Of a DNA stretch of 64,000 nt, positions 1 through 12,146 are shown in pieces. The notes beneath the pieces are model-generated. The model was not told the DNA's origin, did not search any database, and saw only the letters and a list, made by a program, of their open reading frames with translations. The translations under genes were made by a program, and so were the position numbers. This DNA is from Epiperipatus broadwayi (Eukaryota; Animalia; Onychophora). The stretch spans positions 17,112,001 through 17,176,000 of the forward strand of contig JAQFVV010000004.1 in the NCBI GenBank assembly GCA_028023455.1, written 5' to 3'. Position 1 is the stretch's first letter. Every line of letters starts with the position of its first letter.

Positions 1-1525
1 AAGAAGTTATATTGTTTGTCAATAGATGGCCAGATTTAACTTTTGGGAAACTACCAAAGAAAATTTTTCAAAAATATTAGTTGAACAAAAAGATTGAAAT
101 TCTCTTCAAATACTTGGTATTTGTATTTCAAAATGAAGTAAGATAAATGTGTAGAAAATTTATTAAATCTTAATAATAATAGATGAAGTTCTGACTATGT
201 TTATGATTGAAGGAAGTTCAAATGTCAAAAATACTCAATATTTTTTTTAAAAATTACTTTCATGACCTCATCTCAGAGAATGTATCATAATTTTATTCTC
301 TTCCTTTATTTTCTTCAAGAACTTCTCCCAATCATTTTAATCTTTTGATTTATTTGCCAAGCCATATAAGATATTTTTTGGGGGCAAAAAATCATATTAT
401 TTTCAACTTTACACTTATATGTCAACAAAAACCAGTTATTTCTTTAAAACCTTTTAAAATTAATCAAGTGTTAAATAATAACAGAAACTGCTAACACAAT
501 GATTTTTCTTAGACATCAATATTTATTTTCTTTTCTACAGATCAATATCAACCTAATTCACGATTAATCCATATTAATATTATTATTATCTTGGATATAG
601 AAAATAATAGATAATATTTTTTTAATTCCATATTACTCTGCACAAAACCAACATTTTTTAACTGCATTATCTATTTGCTTATTGAAGATTAGTCCTGTAA
701 AAAAATTATTTCCAGAACTTAATATATTAATACATGGATGACTAGATTTTCACACTATCTTTGTATTACATAATACAGTTTATTACTGAATAATATGAGT
801 TCATTTGAATTTTAATTCTCTTCATTCTAGAATTAGCCAACCTAAAACAACTATTAATAAAAATAACCCTTTTTTTTAAGTGGTAATTTCCTCTCAATAA
901 TTAAAAAGTAATTAACAAATTTATTGTACTGTATTATTAATTATCTTTCCATTTCTTTCATTATCCCACCTGAAAATATCATTTCATTGTTAGAGTTTAT
1001 TTTTATTTATCATTATAATCATAAGATAATTTTAAATTAATGCAACAAATTTTATACATTTATATTCAAGTGATGGATTTGCTATATAGAATTAATAGTA
1101 TTGAACAATTAAATTATTATTTATCTTTTATCAAACAAATTTATAAATTTTTAAATAATTTACTTTAAAAAACTTTACAGTATAAATTTCTAATTGGTAT
1201 CATTTTAGTGACTTAATCTCCACATTAATATCATTCTTATTATGATAATAATAATGATTACACTATTGTGGTCAATACAGCTTCGATCTTATTGAAAATT
1301 AAAATTGTAATTTGCAATTTATTGAGATTTTTTTGTTCACTTAGTATTTATTTGTATTATTTTAGCATAACTATAAATATTGGAGTATTATTTTTTTTTG
1401 CAAATAATGTGTGTGTATATATATATAAGTATAGAGGATTTGAACTCAGATTTTCAAGCACCCTTCAACTATCCACACTATCTCATACAACTGATACACA
1501 TCACATGTAGAAAAGATTAATAATC

Positions 1526-1569
1526 ACCAATATACGTATTTCATGCTAAACCAGCACTCATCAGTTGGT
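1526..1569 (-). ncRNA. Minimal type I hammerhead ribozyme motif (most intact copy)
   Basis: Minus strand reads ACCAA-CTGATGA-GTGCT-GGTTT-AGCAT-GAAA-TACGTA-TA-TTGGT. It has a 5-bp helix I, a 5-bp helix II (G.U at 10.1/11.1), a loopless palindromic helix III (ATACGTAT) and an AUA cleavage triplet. Confidence 0.85.
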
Positions 1570-2035
1570 CCAGACTATCATCTCTCACACATATATATAT
1601 AATCAATGCTCAGTTTATATTAAGATAGCCAATCTTCATACTTTAATGGACAGGCTTCAATCCACTGCAACTTCCAACTCTTCAGCCATCCATATCATTG
1701 AAAATCTGATGATGAAAACTCAAATCCCATGTTGATGCTAATATTATTGCCATGCCCATGTTGACCTGAAGTCACTCTGACCCCTCATTATATGTATTTA
1801 ATGGATACTGTCCTATACATGAGGGGTCAGAGTGACTTCAGGTCAACATGGGCATGGCAATAATATTAGCATCAACATGGGATTTGAGTTTTCATCATCA
1901 GATTTTCAATGATATGGATGGCTGAAGAGTTGGAGGTTGCACTGGATTGAAGCCTGTCCATTAAAGTATGAAGATTGGCTATCTTAATATAAACTGAGCA
2001 TTGATTATAAATATGTGTGAGAGATGATAGTCTGG

Positions 2036-2079
2036 ACCAGCTGATGAGTGCTGGTTTAGCATGAAATACATATATTGGG
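2036..2079 (+). ncRNA. Hammerhead motif, partly degenerate (BROMI sense strand)
   Basis: ACCAG-CTGATGA-GTGCT-GGTTT-AGCAT-GAAA-TACATA-TA-TTGGG. The core is intact, with mismatches in the helix III dyad and outer helix I. Confidence 0.75.
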
Positions 2080-2292
2080 GATTATTAATCTTTTCTACAT
2101 GTGATGTGTATCAGTTGTATGAGATAGTGTGGATAGTTGAAGGGTGCTTAAAAATCTGAGTTCAAATCCTCTATACTTACAATTAAACTCCCAGGTTTGT
2201 GAAGAGTGCCTGGTTTCAAATATATATTATATTCTTACTAAAGAAATAATATATATATTATCATTATTATTACTTTTATTTCAATTTTACAG

Positions 2293-2390
2293 ATATGGAC
2301 AATTAATAAATGTTGTATCAAATAAAGAAGAAGATACTTCCAATTTAAAAAAGATTAATCTATTTTTAAAACAACACTTTTCACAGCCTA
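2293..2390 (+). CDS. TBC1D32: TBC1D32/BROMI internal coding exon, (R)YGQLINVVSNKEEDTSNLKKINLFLKQHFSQP
   Basis: Acceptor ttttacAG at 2291-2292 and weak donor GTatcc at 2391. The phase joins the next exon (A+AT=Asn). Resembles vertebrate BROMI RYGKFLSLL...CERFLKQQ, recalled from memory. Upstream exons were not found in the window. Confidence 0.7.
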
Positions 2391-3694
2391 GTATCCTTAA
2401 TTTCAATTTTGATATGAAATGAATTTGTCACTTTAACCATAAATTGTCTATTAAAAATTAGTCTTTAAAGAAGTTAATATTATATAAAATTATATATTCT
2501 TTATCAATTGTGCATGTAGATATTGCTGGATACTTTTATATACTTTTTTATTAGTGGATTTATTACTGTTTAAAATTTTAATTATTTTTATTTTTCAAAC
2601 TATTTGTAAGTAAAATAATAATTTAGAATGTTTAGAGTGTTTGAAGTAGATATTAAGAAGAAAGTGAATAGTAACTAATTTATTATCCAAAAATGTAATT
2701 TATTTATTTTTCTAGATAACATTTTAAAAAAAAACTGAAATGGAAACTTATTGCATAAGCAAAATACTAATTGTAGATAGACTTTGTAAATGCTTATGGT
2801 TTTGAATTCTTTTTTTTTTTTTATTAGTTTGTTTGTTTTACTTAATTATAAAATCTATATCACTAATTATTATTTGATCTGAAATGTATCTGTTATATTA
2901 TTTTATGTCATTTTTATCTTGTATTTGAATCTCCTAGTTTGTTCTTTATTCATTTGTTTTTTTATACAGATTAAATACAGATCAAAAAAAATTTACACAA
3001 ATGCAAATGTCATTCTTCTACTACTAATCCCTAGTAGTTCTTTTATTTAGATATTAGCTAGCCATCGTAATCTTTTACAATATTTTTTTTTTATAATTAC
3101 ATGTTATTTTTTTTGGTACCTAAAATATAATGACAGCTTATAGTAAGATTATATGACGAATGCAATCATTGTATTATCTATTTTGACATATTTGGCTTTT
3201 TCTACTATCATTATTTGTACTACTGATATATTGGTAAAATCCTCAGTAGCAAAATCATATTGACACTTTTAGAGGAAAGAGGTACAATATCATGTGAAAC
3301 TTTTATTATGCTAGTAAATTAAATAAAAAGTACTTTTTAAAATTGAAGATTAACTTTTTCTTTTTAAATTTCTAATAACATCTAAATAAGCAAATTGATA
3401 TTAAAAATTCTTGAGATCTTTAATTTACAATTCCAGTTCAGTCGATTGGATCCGAGATTACTAATCATTTGGCACAGCGTGTCATTTTCTAACTTCTTGC
3501 ATAGGACAACTGTATATTGAATTGTATGATTAATAAAATAGTTGCTGTTTATCATTCTAGATTTGATCTAGTTATAATTAGCTAACTAAAAATAGATTAA
3601 TTCTATATTTTCTTTTATTATTATTATTAATATTGTCATTGTATAAGTTATCATCTTAAGTTAAAAGCTTGTGATATCCTTATATTAATTTCAG

Positions 3695-3846
3695 ATATCA
3701 AAATGAAATATTCTGGATATGATTGGTTTGTATCTACAATATTTTTAATGTCTTCTTGTGATCTTTTTAAGTCTTTACAGTTACTGAATTGTCTTTCCAT
3801 ATCAAATCAAGCTGATTATTTGTGGATGACAAAGCTTTATCAAAAG
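3695..3846 (+). CDS. TBC1D32: TBC1D32/BROMI coding exon, IKMKYSGYDWFVSTIFLMSSCDLFKSLQLLNCLSISNQADYLWMTKLYQK
   Basis: Acceptor aatttcAG, donor AAG|GTaagc and an open frame. Matches the BROMI motif YAGHDWFVSSLF...AFLWLPRL. Confidence 0.88.
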
Positions 3847-4570
3847 GTAAGCTAATTGCTTTTTATAAAATTAGATATAGTAATAAATAGATTGATGCAA
3901 CATATAAAAAAGTACGGTATTGATAAATAATTTCATCTTCACTGATATATACTGAGATGCTTCTTTCGTCATCTCTAACTTTTCATTTACTATTAATAAT
4001 TTACATCTTTTATCTTGAAGAAATATTGGTGTGATATACAGTATATATGATAATACACAAAATAGCATAAAAGTTCGTATAAAAAATATTGTATTGAAAC
4101 TGTATACATATTTTAAGAAAAACTGAAATTATTGCGGTTTTTTTATCTGATTTTAAAATATGCTTATAGAATTTTAAGTGTTATTTTAAAAACATGTTTA
4201 ATTTAATTAAGCTTTCTTTAATTGTATTTTGTTTATTTTAAAGTAAGGAAATTCTAAAATTAATTGGAAATGCCAAAGATTTGTTCTGAAAAGATTGAAA
4301 TCAAAAACTACTTACACAATTTATTTAATTTTCTGAGTTCATCTGCTTTATAAATGTCAATTTATGCCCTTTACCCCCCCTCCCCTGCAAAAATTTTTTT
4401 TTACTATTTTTTTGTTTGTTTGTTTTTGAAAAATTGTTTTCCAACAATAAAAGCTGATGCGACATGAAAATTCAATTATTAGTTTAAGGTGATAGCTCGT
4501 TGGTAGTAAAACCACTAAACTTCACATGATCACTATTTCTTATGCTAGCACATTACTGCTATTAAAACAG

Positions 4571-4755
4571 GCAAAACTCTCCATACAGTAGTACCACTCA
4601 GTGCCAACCAGAGTAATCAATGGATGGCAGAAGCCTTGTGCATAAAATCCCTATTGGATGAATAGGCACTAGATAGGGATTTTATGCACAAGTCTCCTGG
4701 CATCCATTGATTACTCTGGTTGGCACTGAGGGCACTACTGTATGGAGAGTTTTGC
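4571..4755. repeat. MITE-like hairpin (~83-bp arms, 18-nt loop)
   Basis: gcaaaactctccatacagtag... pairs with ...ctactgtatggagagttttgc. A diverged copy of the loop plus right arm lies at ~55810-55912. Confidence 0.75.
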
Positions 4756-7578
4756 TCGTTGGTAGCATTCAGAGTAAAAAAAACTATGTCCAAGAATGAG
4801 GCAGATGAACACATTAGTTATTTTTGGTTACATTTTTACAGTGACAATTGACTAAAAAACGTTTTTGGATTATTTGCTATTTATTTGTGATAAGTGACTG
4901 ATAAATTACAAGCTTGATAATTTATCTCAAGCATATACCTACTAAATACAGGAAAAGCATTCAGAATTTTATTCAAGTACAAGAAAAGCTGCTCAAGAAT
5001 TAATAAAGGCAAAACTCAAAATTTTCATCTTTTTGATTAACTTGTTTTTTTATTACTATTTATATTTCAAGTCATCAATATATAACAATATTTTCAAATT
5101 TTTTTATATTTTCAATAATTGGCATATCTAATTGGTTATAAGCTTTGATTAACTAATACAAGTTTACTATTGAAATTTTTAGCCATTTCCACATACCGTA
5201 CTGTTACAAAAATATTATTCAATATTATTTTAATCTTCTATAGGATAGTTTAATATCTATTTAACAATTTCGTTACTTTCTAAGATTATTTCTTTAATTT
5301 ACCCCCCCCCCCCACACACACACACACACTCACACCCACATACTATATTTAAATGAATTAACATGTACTTTATATCTAAATGTTTTATATTATTAAAAAA
5401 TGTTGAAACTAAAATCATTTCATTCCCTTAAAACAAATTAACTACAAACACACTTTTCCAATAGACACTAGATATAATTTTTTACAATTATATTAATGTT
5501 AACTTGCATGTTTAATTAGAATATAAGTCGAATTTAATTTCAATCATTGTTTTAATTTGAAGTATGTCAATGAGATCTATATATCTCAATAGATATGCAC
5601 AGGTATGTTTGAATATCAAACACATACTTAATGATGGTGTTAACAAATGAGAATGTACTCTCACAGAGAAAGTGTAATATTAGCTTAACATCATAAAAAT
5701 TAAGCAGTAAAAATTATAAACAACTATAATCTTCATAAGTACAGTGATACAAAATACTAGTTGGTATTAGAAAGAGTTCTTTAATAGAATTACATATAAC
5801 ATCACTTAACATATATAATCAGTTGACATGGGTAAAAAAAATTGATGACCTGTGCCATTTTTTATACAACTAGGATGTCAATTTACAAATTGTTAAAAAT
5901 AGATTCATTAATTAATAATTATTGTGGTTTAAGTTGATTTAAATTGACATATATATATATATATATTTATTAGCAAGTGTGTTTACATGAAATTTTAAAG
6001 TAATTTATTTTTCATATTTTTTTCTTTTCTTTTATTAATGTAAATTTGTTGCATAAATATGCATATTATGTTATTAGAATTTTTTTTTTCCTATACACTT
6101 TCTGTGTATTGGATTAAATCTATTTCTGCTATATTTATAAATATGCATGTAAAAAAATAATGCAACTTAACAAGAAAGGCATGCACATACACACATACAT
6201 ATATAATTCCAGTACAGAATGAAAAGTATTATTATAATCACCTCACTATTTTTTCTACATTTCAATAAATTAACCAAATGGAAATTATATATATATTTAA
6301 CGAATGTTTGTATTCAGTGCATGAAATAATAACTTAATTAACTATTTAAATATATACTTTTACTATAATGTTCTTCTTGCATCTTTTATTTATAATGAAA
6401 CCATTTCACTATAACTCCAATATATTTGTATTTGCAATAAAGTATAATCAGCTTCTCCAATCATCTCTTCTTTTTAATTTTGCAAAATGCACCAAATGTT
6501 TCATTTTATATCAAATAGTTTTTCTTCCATTCTTGCAATCTTTCTTAGTTTGAAAGTGGTCTCTAGTTCTAAATAACCAAATAAAAAGTCATTATAAAAT
6601 AGGGCCTAAATCCTTAAACTAGAGATACATAATTAATTGCTTCCTTTGATTCTACATTGCCTTGATTGATGTCTTTATAACCTCTGTAAAAACTATAATT
6701 TATTTCTGGCTTTTATAAATATAAAAAAGAATTAAGTATTTACACAGACACACACATTTATCCTGCCTTCAAAAAACACTAACTGATATCCCAATTGAAA
6801 ATTATTAAGCATCTAAGAAGAGTATGGTGAATTTTTTTGATCCTAAACTCAGAACTAAAAGCCTGTAAAACTTACTATGCTGGCTGAAATGTATTGAGCA
6901 ATTTTTCCATGTTTGCTTACTGTATGAACAGTTATATTCACACTAACAGTTTGAATAATTAATAACAAAATTCTTTTTGCAGACTTTGTTTTAAATTTAT
7001 TTATATGTACTGAACTGATTTTTTTTTTTTTTACATTTTATATGAATATATTTTTCATTTGTACTAAGTGTGTATTTTACATTTTTATTTTACATTTTTA
7101 TTTAATAAAATTTATGAACTAGAATATGTATCGAATGTTCTTTTAAAAAAAAAAAATTTGTGTTTTGAGATATACTTTGACTGTTACATAATTACCATTA
7201 ACATTTTTTTTAGTACATTAACTTATAATCTGCAATTATTCCTACCATGCATGAAAACGATGTAATGAAAGGGTATTGAACTGTCAATGTGTGTGGACAT
7301 TGAGATATTTGATATTGCTGACTTGCCTGACAGTGAAGATTATTCATGAAATACATGCATAATGAGAGAAATTGATCAGAGTTTCTATGCTGCAATATGA
7401 TACAATTGAGATGAATAATGCATTGATAAAAAAAAACCCCGAAAATATTCTTATGCAACTATAAGTTTGTTAATAAGTTTTATTAGCTAACTTGATGTTA
7501 AAATGTAAATATAAGAATATTAAAAAATATTTTTTGATATATAATGCTGATTAATTTGTAAATACTGTTTAGTTTCAG

Positions 7579-7686
7579 ATTCATCCAATATTTTCTGCCT
7601 TATGTCATAGTATTAATCATATACTTCAGACTGAAGTGCCTTTAGTATTTTCTGCCTTCAAAATGTCCAGATGCAGTTCAGTAGAG
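7579..7686 (+). CDS. TBC1D32: TBC1D32/BROMI coding exon, IHPIFSALCHSINHILQTEVPLVFSAFKMSRCSSVE
   Basis: Acceptor tttcAG (an alternative in-frame acceptor lies at 7573) and donor GAG|GTaatt. Matches BROMI IHPVY...LLKAELPLVFSAFHMSG. Confidence 0.9.
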
Positions 7687-8118
7687 GTAATTTATAATAA
7701 TTATATGATGTCTTTTTATCATTATATTTTAATTATCTATATTAATTTAAAAGCATTTTTATTTTAATGTGAAAAAAAAAATTAATGTTCATTTGCTCTT
7801 CAAATTTTTGTGATTTAAAACTCTTGTTAGCTAACTAAAAAACTAATATTTCCAAAAATAATCTTAATATTAAAAATAAGTAGTATCTTATCATTTCTTA
7901 GTGAAACAAACTTCTTCTACCAAATTGATTCTTTTAATTTGTTTGTTACCACCATGGTTCTAAGTTTATATAATTTTTAATTTACAGTTTTTCTTCAGTT
8001 TCCAAATGAGTCGGTTTTGTGTCTCATGTCATACAACCACATAGTAGTGTGTGTGTGCACACATATGTAGAGTTGAATGGAAAAATAGAAATAAACACAA
8101 ATATTTTTTGTAGATATT

Positions 8119-11100
8119 GGTAGTTGGGGAGGCGATGTACTCCCGCCATTAGATGGCGCTGCGACATCATCAGCAACCGGCCTGAAACCTGCAAGTGATA
8201 AATTCATTTACGAAAGTGGCTCAAAATTAAAAAAATATATAAAAAGTTACAGAAGTGGCTAAAAATTCACAAATAAAAAAAAAAAGGTATGAAAGTGCTT
8301 AAAAATTGACAAGTAAAAAAAAAAAAGGTTACGAAAGTGGCTAAGAATTGACAAGTAAAAAAAAAAAACTTACGAAAGTGGCTAAAAATTGTCAAGTTAA
8401 AAAAAAACCCAAATGCTATGAAATTGAACTAAAAAAAATAAAAAAGCGATGAACAAATGCTATGAAATTGAACTAAAAAAAATAAAAAAGCGATGAAAGT
8501 GTATGAAAAATGACAAATAAAAAAGAAAACAACAAAATGGTATGAAATTCAAATAAAAAAAATGAAAAAACCATGCAAATACGAAAATCACCTACCCCCC
8601 CCCCCCAAATAAAAAATTCTTCACTTAAATCAAGAAATAAAAATGACTGAGGATATATATATCCAAGAAATACATGGAAAAGTATAAATTATATTAAAAA
8701 CAAACAAGAAAATGATGTAATATCCAATAATAATTAAAATTTAAAAAATAACTGTGTCGTGATTGATCCAACAGCAAACATGGCGGACAAAAAAGCGGGA
8801 AATCCAAAATCATCAAATTATTTACCTTTCAACATTTCCAAATATGAATGGGCAAATTAAGTAGCTGTCATTATTTGCAAACGATCAGATATAAAAGCAA
8901 TGGTTATATAAGCTAAGAATAGTACAGTACTATAAAATTCAAATTTAAAAATTCCATGAAAATAAGAGAAAGACCTCCCGCCCCCCCTAACATCAAAATT
9001 TCTTCACTTAAATCGAAAAATAAAAATGACTGAAGATATATATATATATCCAAGAAATACATGGAAAGTATAAATTATATTAAAAACAAACAAGAAAATG
9101 ATGTAATATCCTATAATAATTAAAATTTAAAAAATAAAGAAATCTATTCTAATCGACAAAGAAACATGGTGGACAAACACTGCAAATTAAGGAGCTTTCA
9201 ATATTTGCAAATGATCACATTTAAATGCAACGGTTATATAAGCTAAAAAGAATATTACATGAGAATCTATTTCTCAAATTGCATCAAGAATACGATCAAA
9301 AATAATTAAAATGCCGAGTAACTTTTCAAAAATATACATTTAATACTTAAAAAATAAAAAGACTATTTGTAAATAAGAAGTCACAACACTTAAATACAGA
9401 GTAATAAATAATAAGTAATTAAATATATTAGCAAGTTTAAAATAGAAAGTTTAAAAGGTAGTTTAAAATAATCATCGAATACAGTTACAGAACAAATTAT
9501 TATATTTATTGGCAAGAATGTTACAAGATGTTATTTTAATTAACAAGAATTTAAATAATTAAGAATATTAAAATAGAGTTTTAAAAATATATTTGTAGAA
9601 ATATTACCAACCTTTTTTGTTCGGAGCCAATAAATGATTCTGAGCATTTCGACAAAGAGAAACTATTTTCGGAGCCATTTATACTATGATGACTTGATTT
9701 ACTTAAATTTCTTAAGTTAGCACTTTTATCAAAGGTGATTGATCTCCATGTGAATAATAGCAGATTAAAAAAATACTTTAACAGAAGAGATTGACAAAAT
9801 GTAGCAAAGTTATTTAAAGAAATTGCTGCTTGAAATATAGCATATATAATATCCCAGTGCAGTTTCAAATAACAAATAATTCTTTAGCATTTTGAAAAGA
9901 GCAAATATTTTGTTTAAAATTAACTTTAGTACCATATTCTGTGCCCACTGGTAATTAATATAAAATGCATATTTCATTACGTTTTACTTAAACAAAGTTT
10001 CAAATTGAAATGTGATGCAATAGCTGTTTCTTATATTAAAAAAATATAGGTGTAAACAATATCCTTCCACAAAAAATATAACACCACCAATGCAATTCAA
10101 AATACGAAATGATTTTTCTTTAATTAGAGTTATCAAATAATAAATTATTGGTTACCAAATTATTCTTAAGCATTTTGAAAAGAGAACTGATTTTAAAAAA
10201 ATCATTTCGTATTTTGAATTGCATTGGTGGTGTTATATTTTTTGTGGAAGGATATTGTTTACACCTATATTTTTTTAATATAAGAAACAGCTATTGCGTC
10301 ACATTTCAATTTGAAACTTTGTTTAAGTAAAACGTAATGAAATATGTATTTTATATTAATTACCAATGGGCACAGAATATGGTACTAAAGTTAACTTTAA
10401 ACAAAATATTTGCTCTTTTCAAAATGCTAAAGAATTATTTGTTATTTGAAACTGCACTGGGATATTATATATGCTATATTTCAAGCAGAAATTTCTTTAA
10501 ATAACTTTGCTATGTTTTGTCAATCTCTTCTGTTAAAGTATTTTTTTAATCTGCTATTATTCACATGGAGATCAATCACCTTTGATAAAAGTGCTAACTT
10601 AAGAAATTTAGGTAGATGAAGTCATCATAGTATAAATGGCTCCGAAAATAGTTTCTCTTTATCGAAATGCTCAGAATCATTTATTGGCTCCGAACAAAAA
10701 AGGTTGGTAATATTTCTACAAATATATTTTTAAAACTCTATTTTAATATTCTTAATTATTTAAATTCTTGTTAATTAAAATATCTTGTAGCATTCTTTCC
10801 AATAAATATAATAATTTGTTCTGTAACTGTATTCAATGATTATTTTAAACTACCTTTTAAACTTTCTATTTTAAACTTGCTAATATATTTAATTACTTAC
10901 TATTTTATTACTCTATATTTAAGTGTTGTGACTTCTTATTTGCAAATAGTCTTTTTATTTTTTAAGTATTAAATGTATATTTTTGAAAAGTTACTCGGCA
11001 TTTTAATTATTTTTGATCGTATTCTTGATGCAATTTGAGAAATAGATTCTCATGTAATATTCTTTTTAGCTTATATAACCGTTGCATTTAAATGTGATCA

Positions 11101-12146
11101 TTTGCAAATATTGAAAGCTCCTTAATTTGCCGTGTTTGTCCGCCATGTTTCTTTGTCGATTAGCATAGATTTCTTTATTTTTTAAATTTTAATTATTATA
11201 GGATATTACATCATTTTCTTGTTTGTTTTTAATATAATTTATACTTTCCATGTATTTCTTGGATATATATATATATCTTCAGTCATTTTTATTTTTCGAT
11301 TTAAGTGAAAAAATTTTGATGTTAGGGGGGTGGGAGGTCTTTCTCTTATTTTCATGGAATTTTTAAATTTGAATTTTATAGTACTGTACTATTCTTAGCT
11401 TATATAACCATTGCTTTTATATCTGATCATTTGCAAATAATGACAGCTACTTAATTTGCCCATTCATATTTGGAAATGTTGAAAGGTAAATAATTTGATG
11501 ATTTTGGATTTCCCACTTTTTTGTCCGCTATGTTTGCTGTTGGATCAATCACGACACAGTTATTTTTTAAATTTTAATTATTATTGGATATTATATCATT
11601 TTCTTGTTTGTTTTTAATATAATTTATACTTTTCCATGTATTTCTTGGATATATATATCCTCAGTCATTTTTATTTCTCGATTTAAGTGAAGAATTTTTT
11701 ATTTGGGGGGGGAGGAGGTGATTTTCGTATTTGCATGGTTTTTTCATTTTTTTTATTTGAATTTCATACCATTTTGTTGTTTTCTTTTTTATTTGTCATT
11801 TTTCATACACTTTCATTGCTTTTATATTTTTTTTAGTTCAATTTCATAGTATTTGGTTGTTTTTTTTTAACTTGTCAATTTTTAGCCACTTTCGTAACTT
11901 TTTTTTTTTACTTGTCAATTCTTAGCCACTTTCGTAACCTTTTTTTTTTTACTTGTCAATTTTTAGACACTTTCGTACCTTTTTTTTTTTATTTGTGAAT
12001 TTTTAGCCACTTCTGTAACTTTTTTATATTTTTTTTAATTTTGAGCCACTTTCATAAATAAATTTATCACTTGCAGGTTTCAGGCCGGTTGTTGATGATG
12101 TCGCAGCACCATCTAATGGTGGGAGTACACCGCCTCCCCAACTACC
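8119..12146. mobile_element. 4-kb foldback element with ~2-kb inverted arms, probable non-autonomous Merlin-type
   Basis: Termini GGTAGTTGGGG...CCCCAACTACC. TSD tagatatt (8111-8118) / tcgatatt (12147-12154). Spacer ~10118-10194. Subterminal ~35-bp gaaagtggct repeats. Paralogous empty sites at 13815 and 15874. Confidence 0.85.

Larger units (their letters stand above)
1426..2218. mobile_element. Family A palindromic hammerhead-bearing element, copy 1
   Basis: Inverted arms at 1426-1788 and 1819-2179 (about 97% by eye) with a 30-bp loop. The right arm continues into a tail ending GCCTGGTTTCA (~2218). Confidence 0.85.

Noticed and set aside
1707-1725. Second CTGATGA (CTGATGATGAAA) on the opposite strand of Family A
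   Set aside because: There is no helix II between the core motifs and no helix I or III pairing.
9581-10330. Short ORFs in the foldback arms and most other 60-90-aa ORFs in the track
   Set aside because: Low-complexity F/L/I/K-rich translations typical of AT-rich non-coding DNA, with no splice or homology support.
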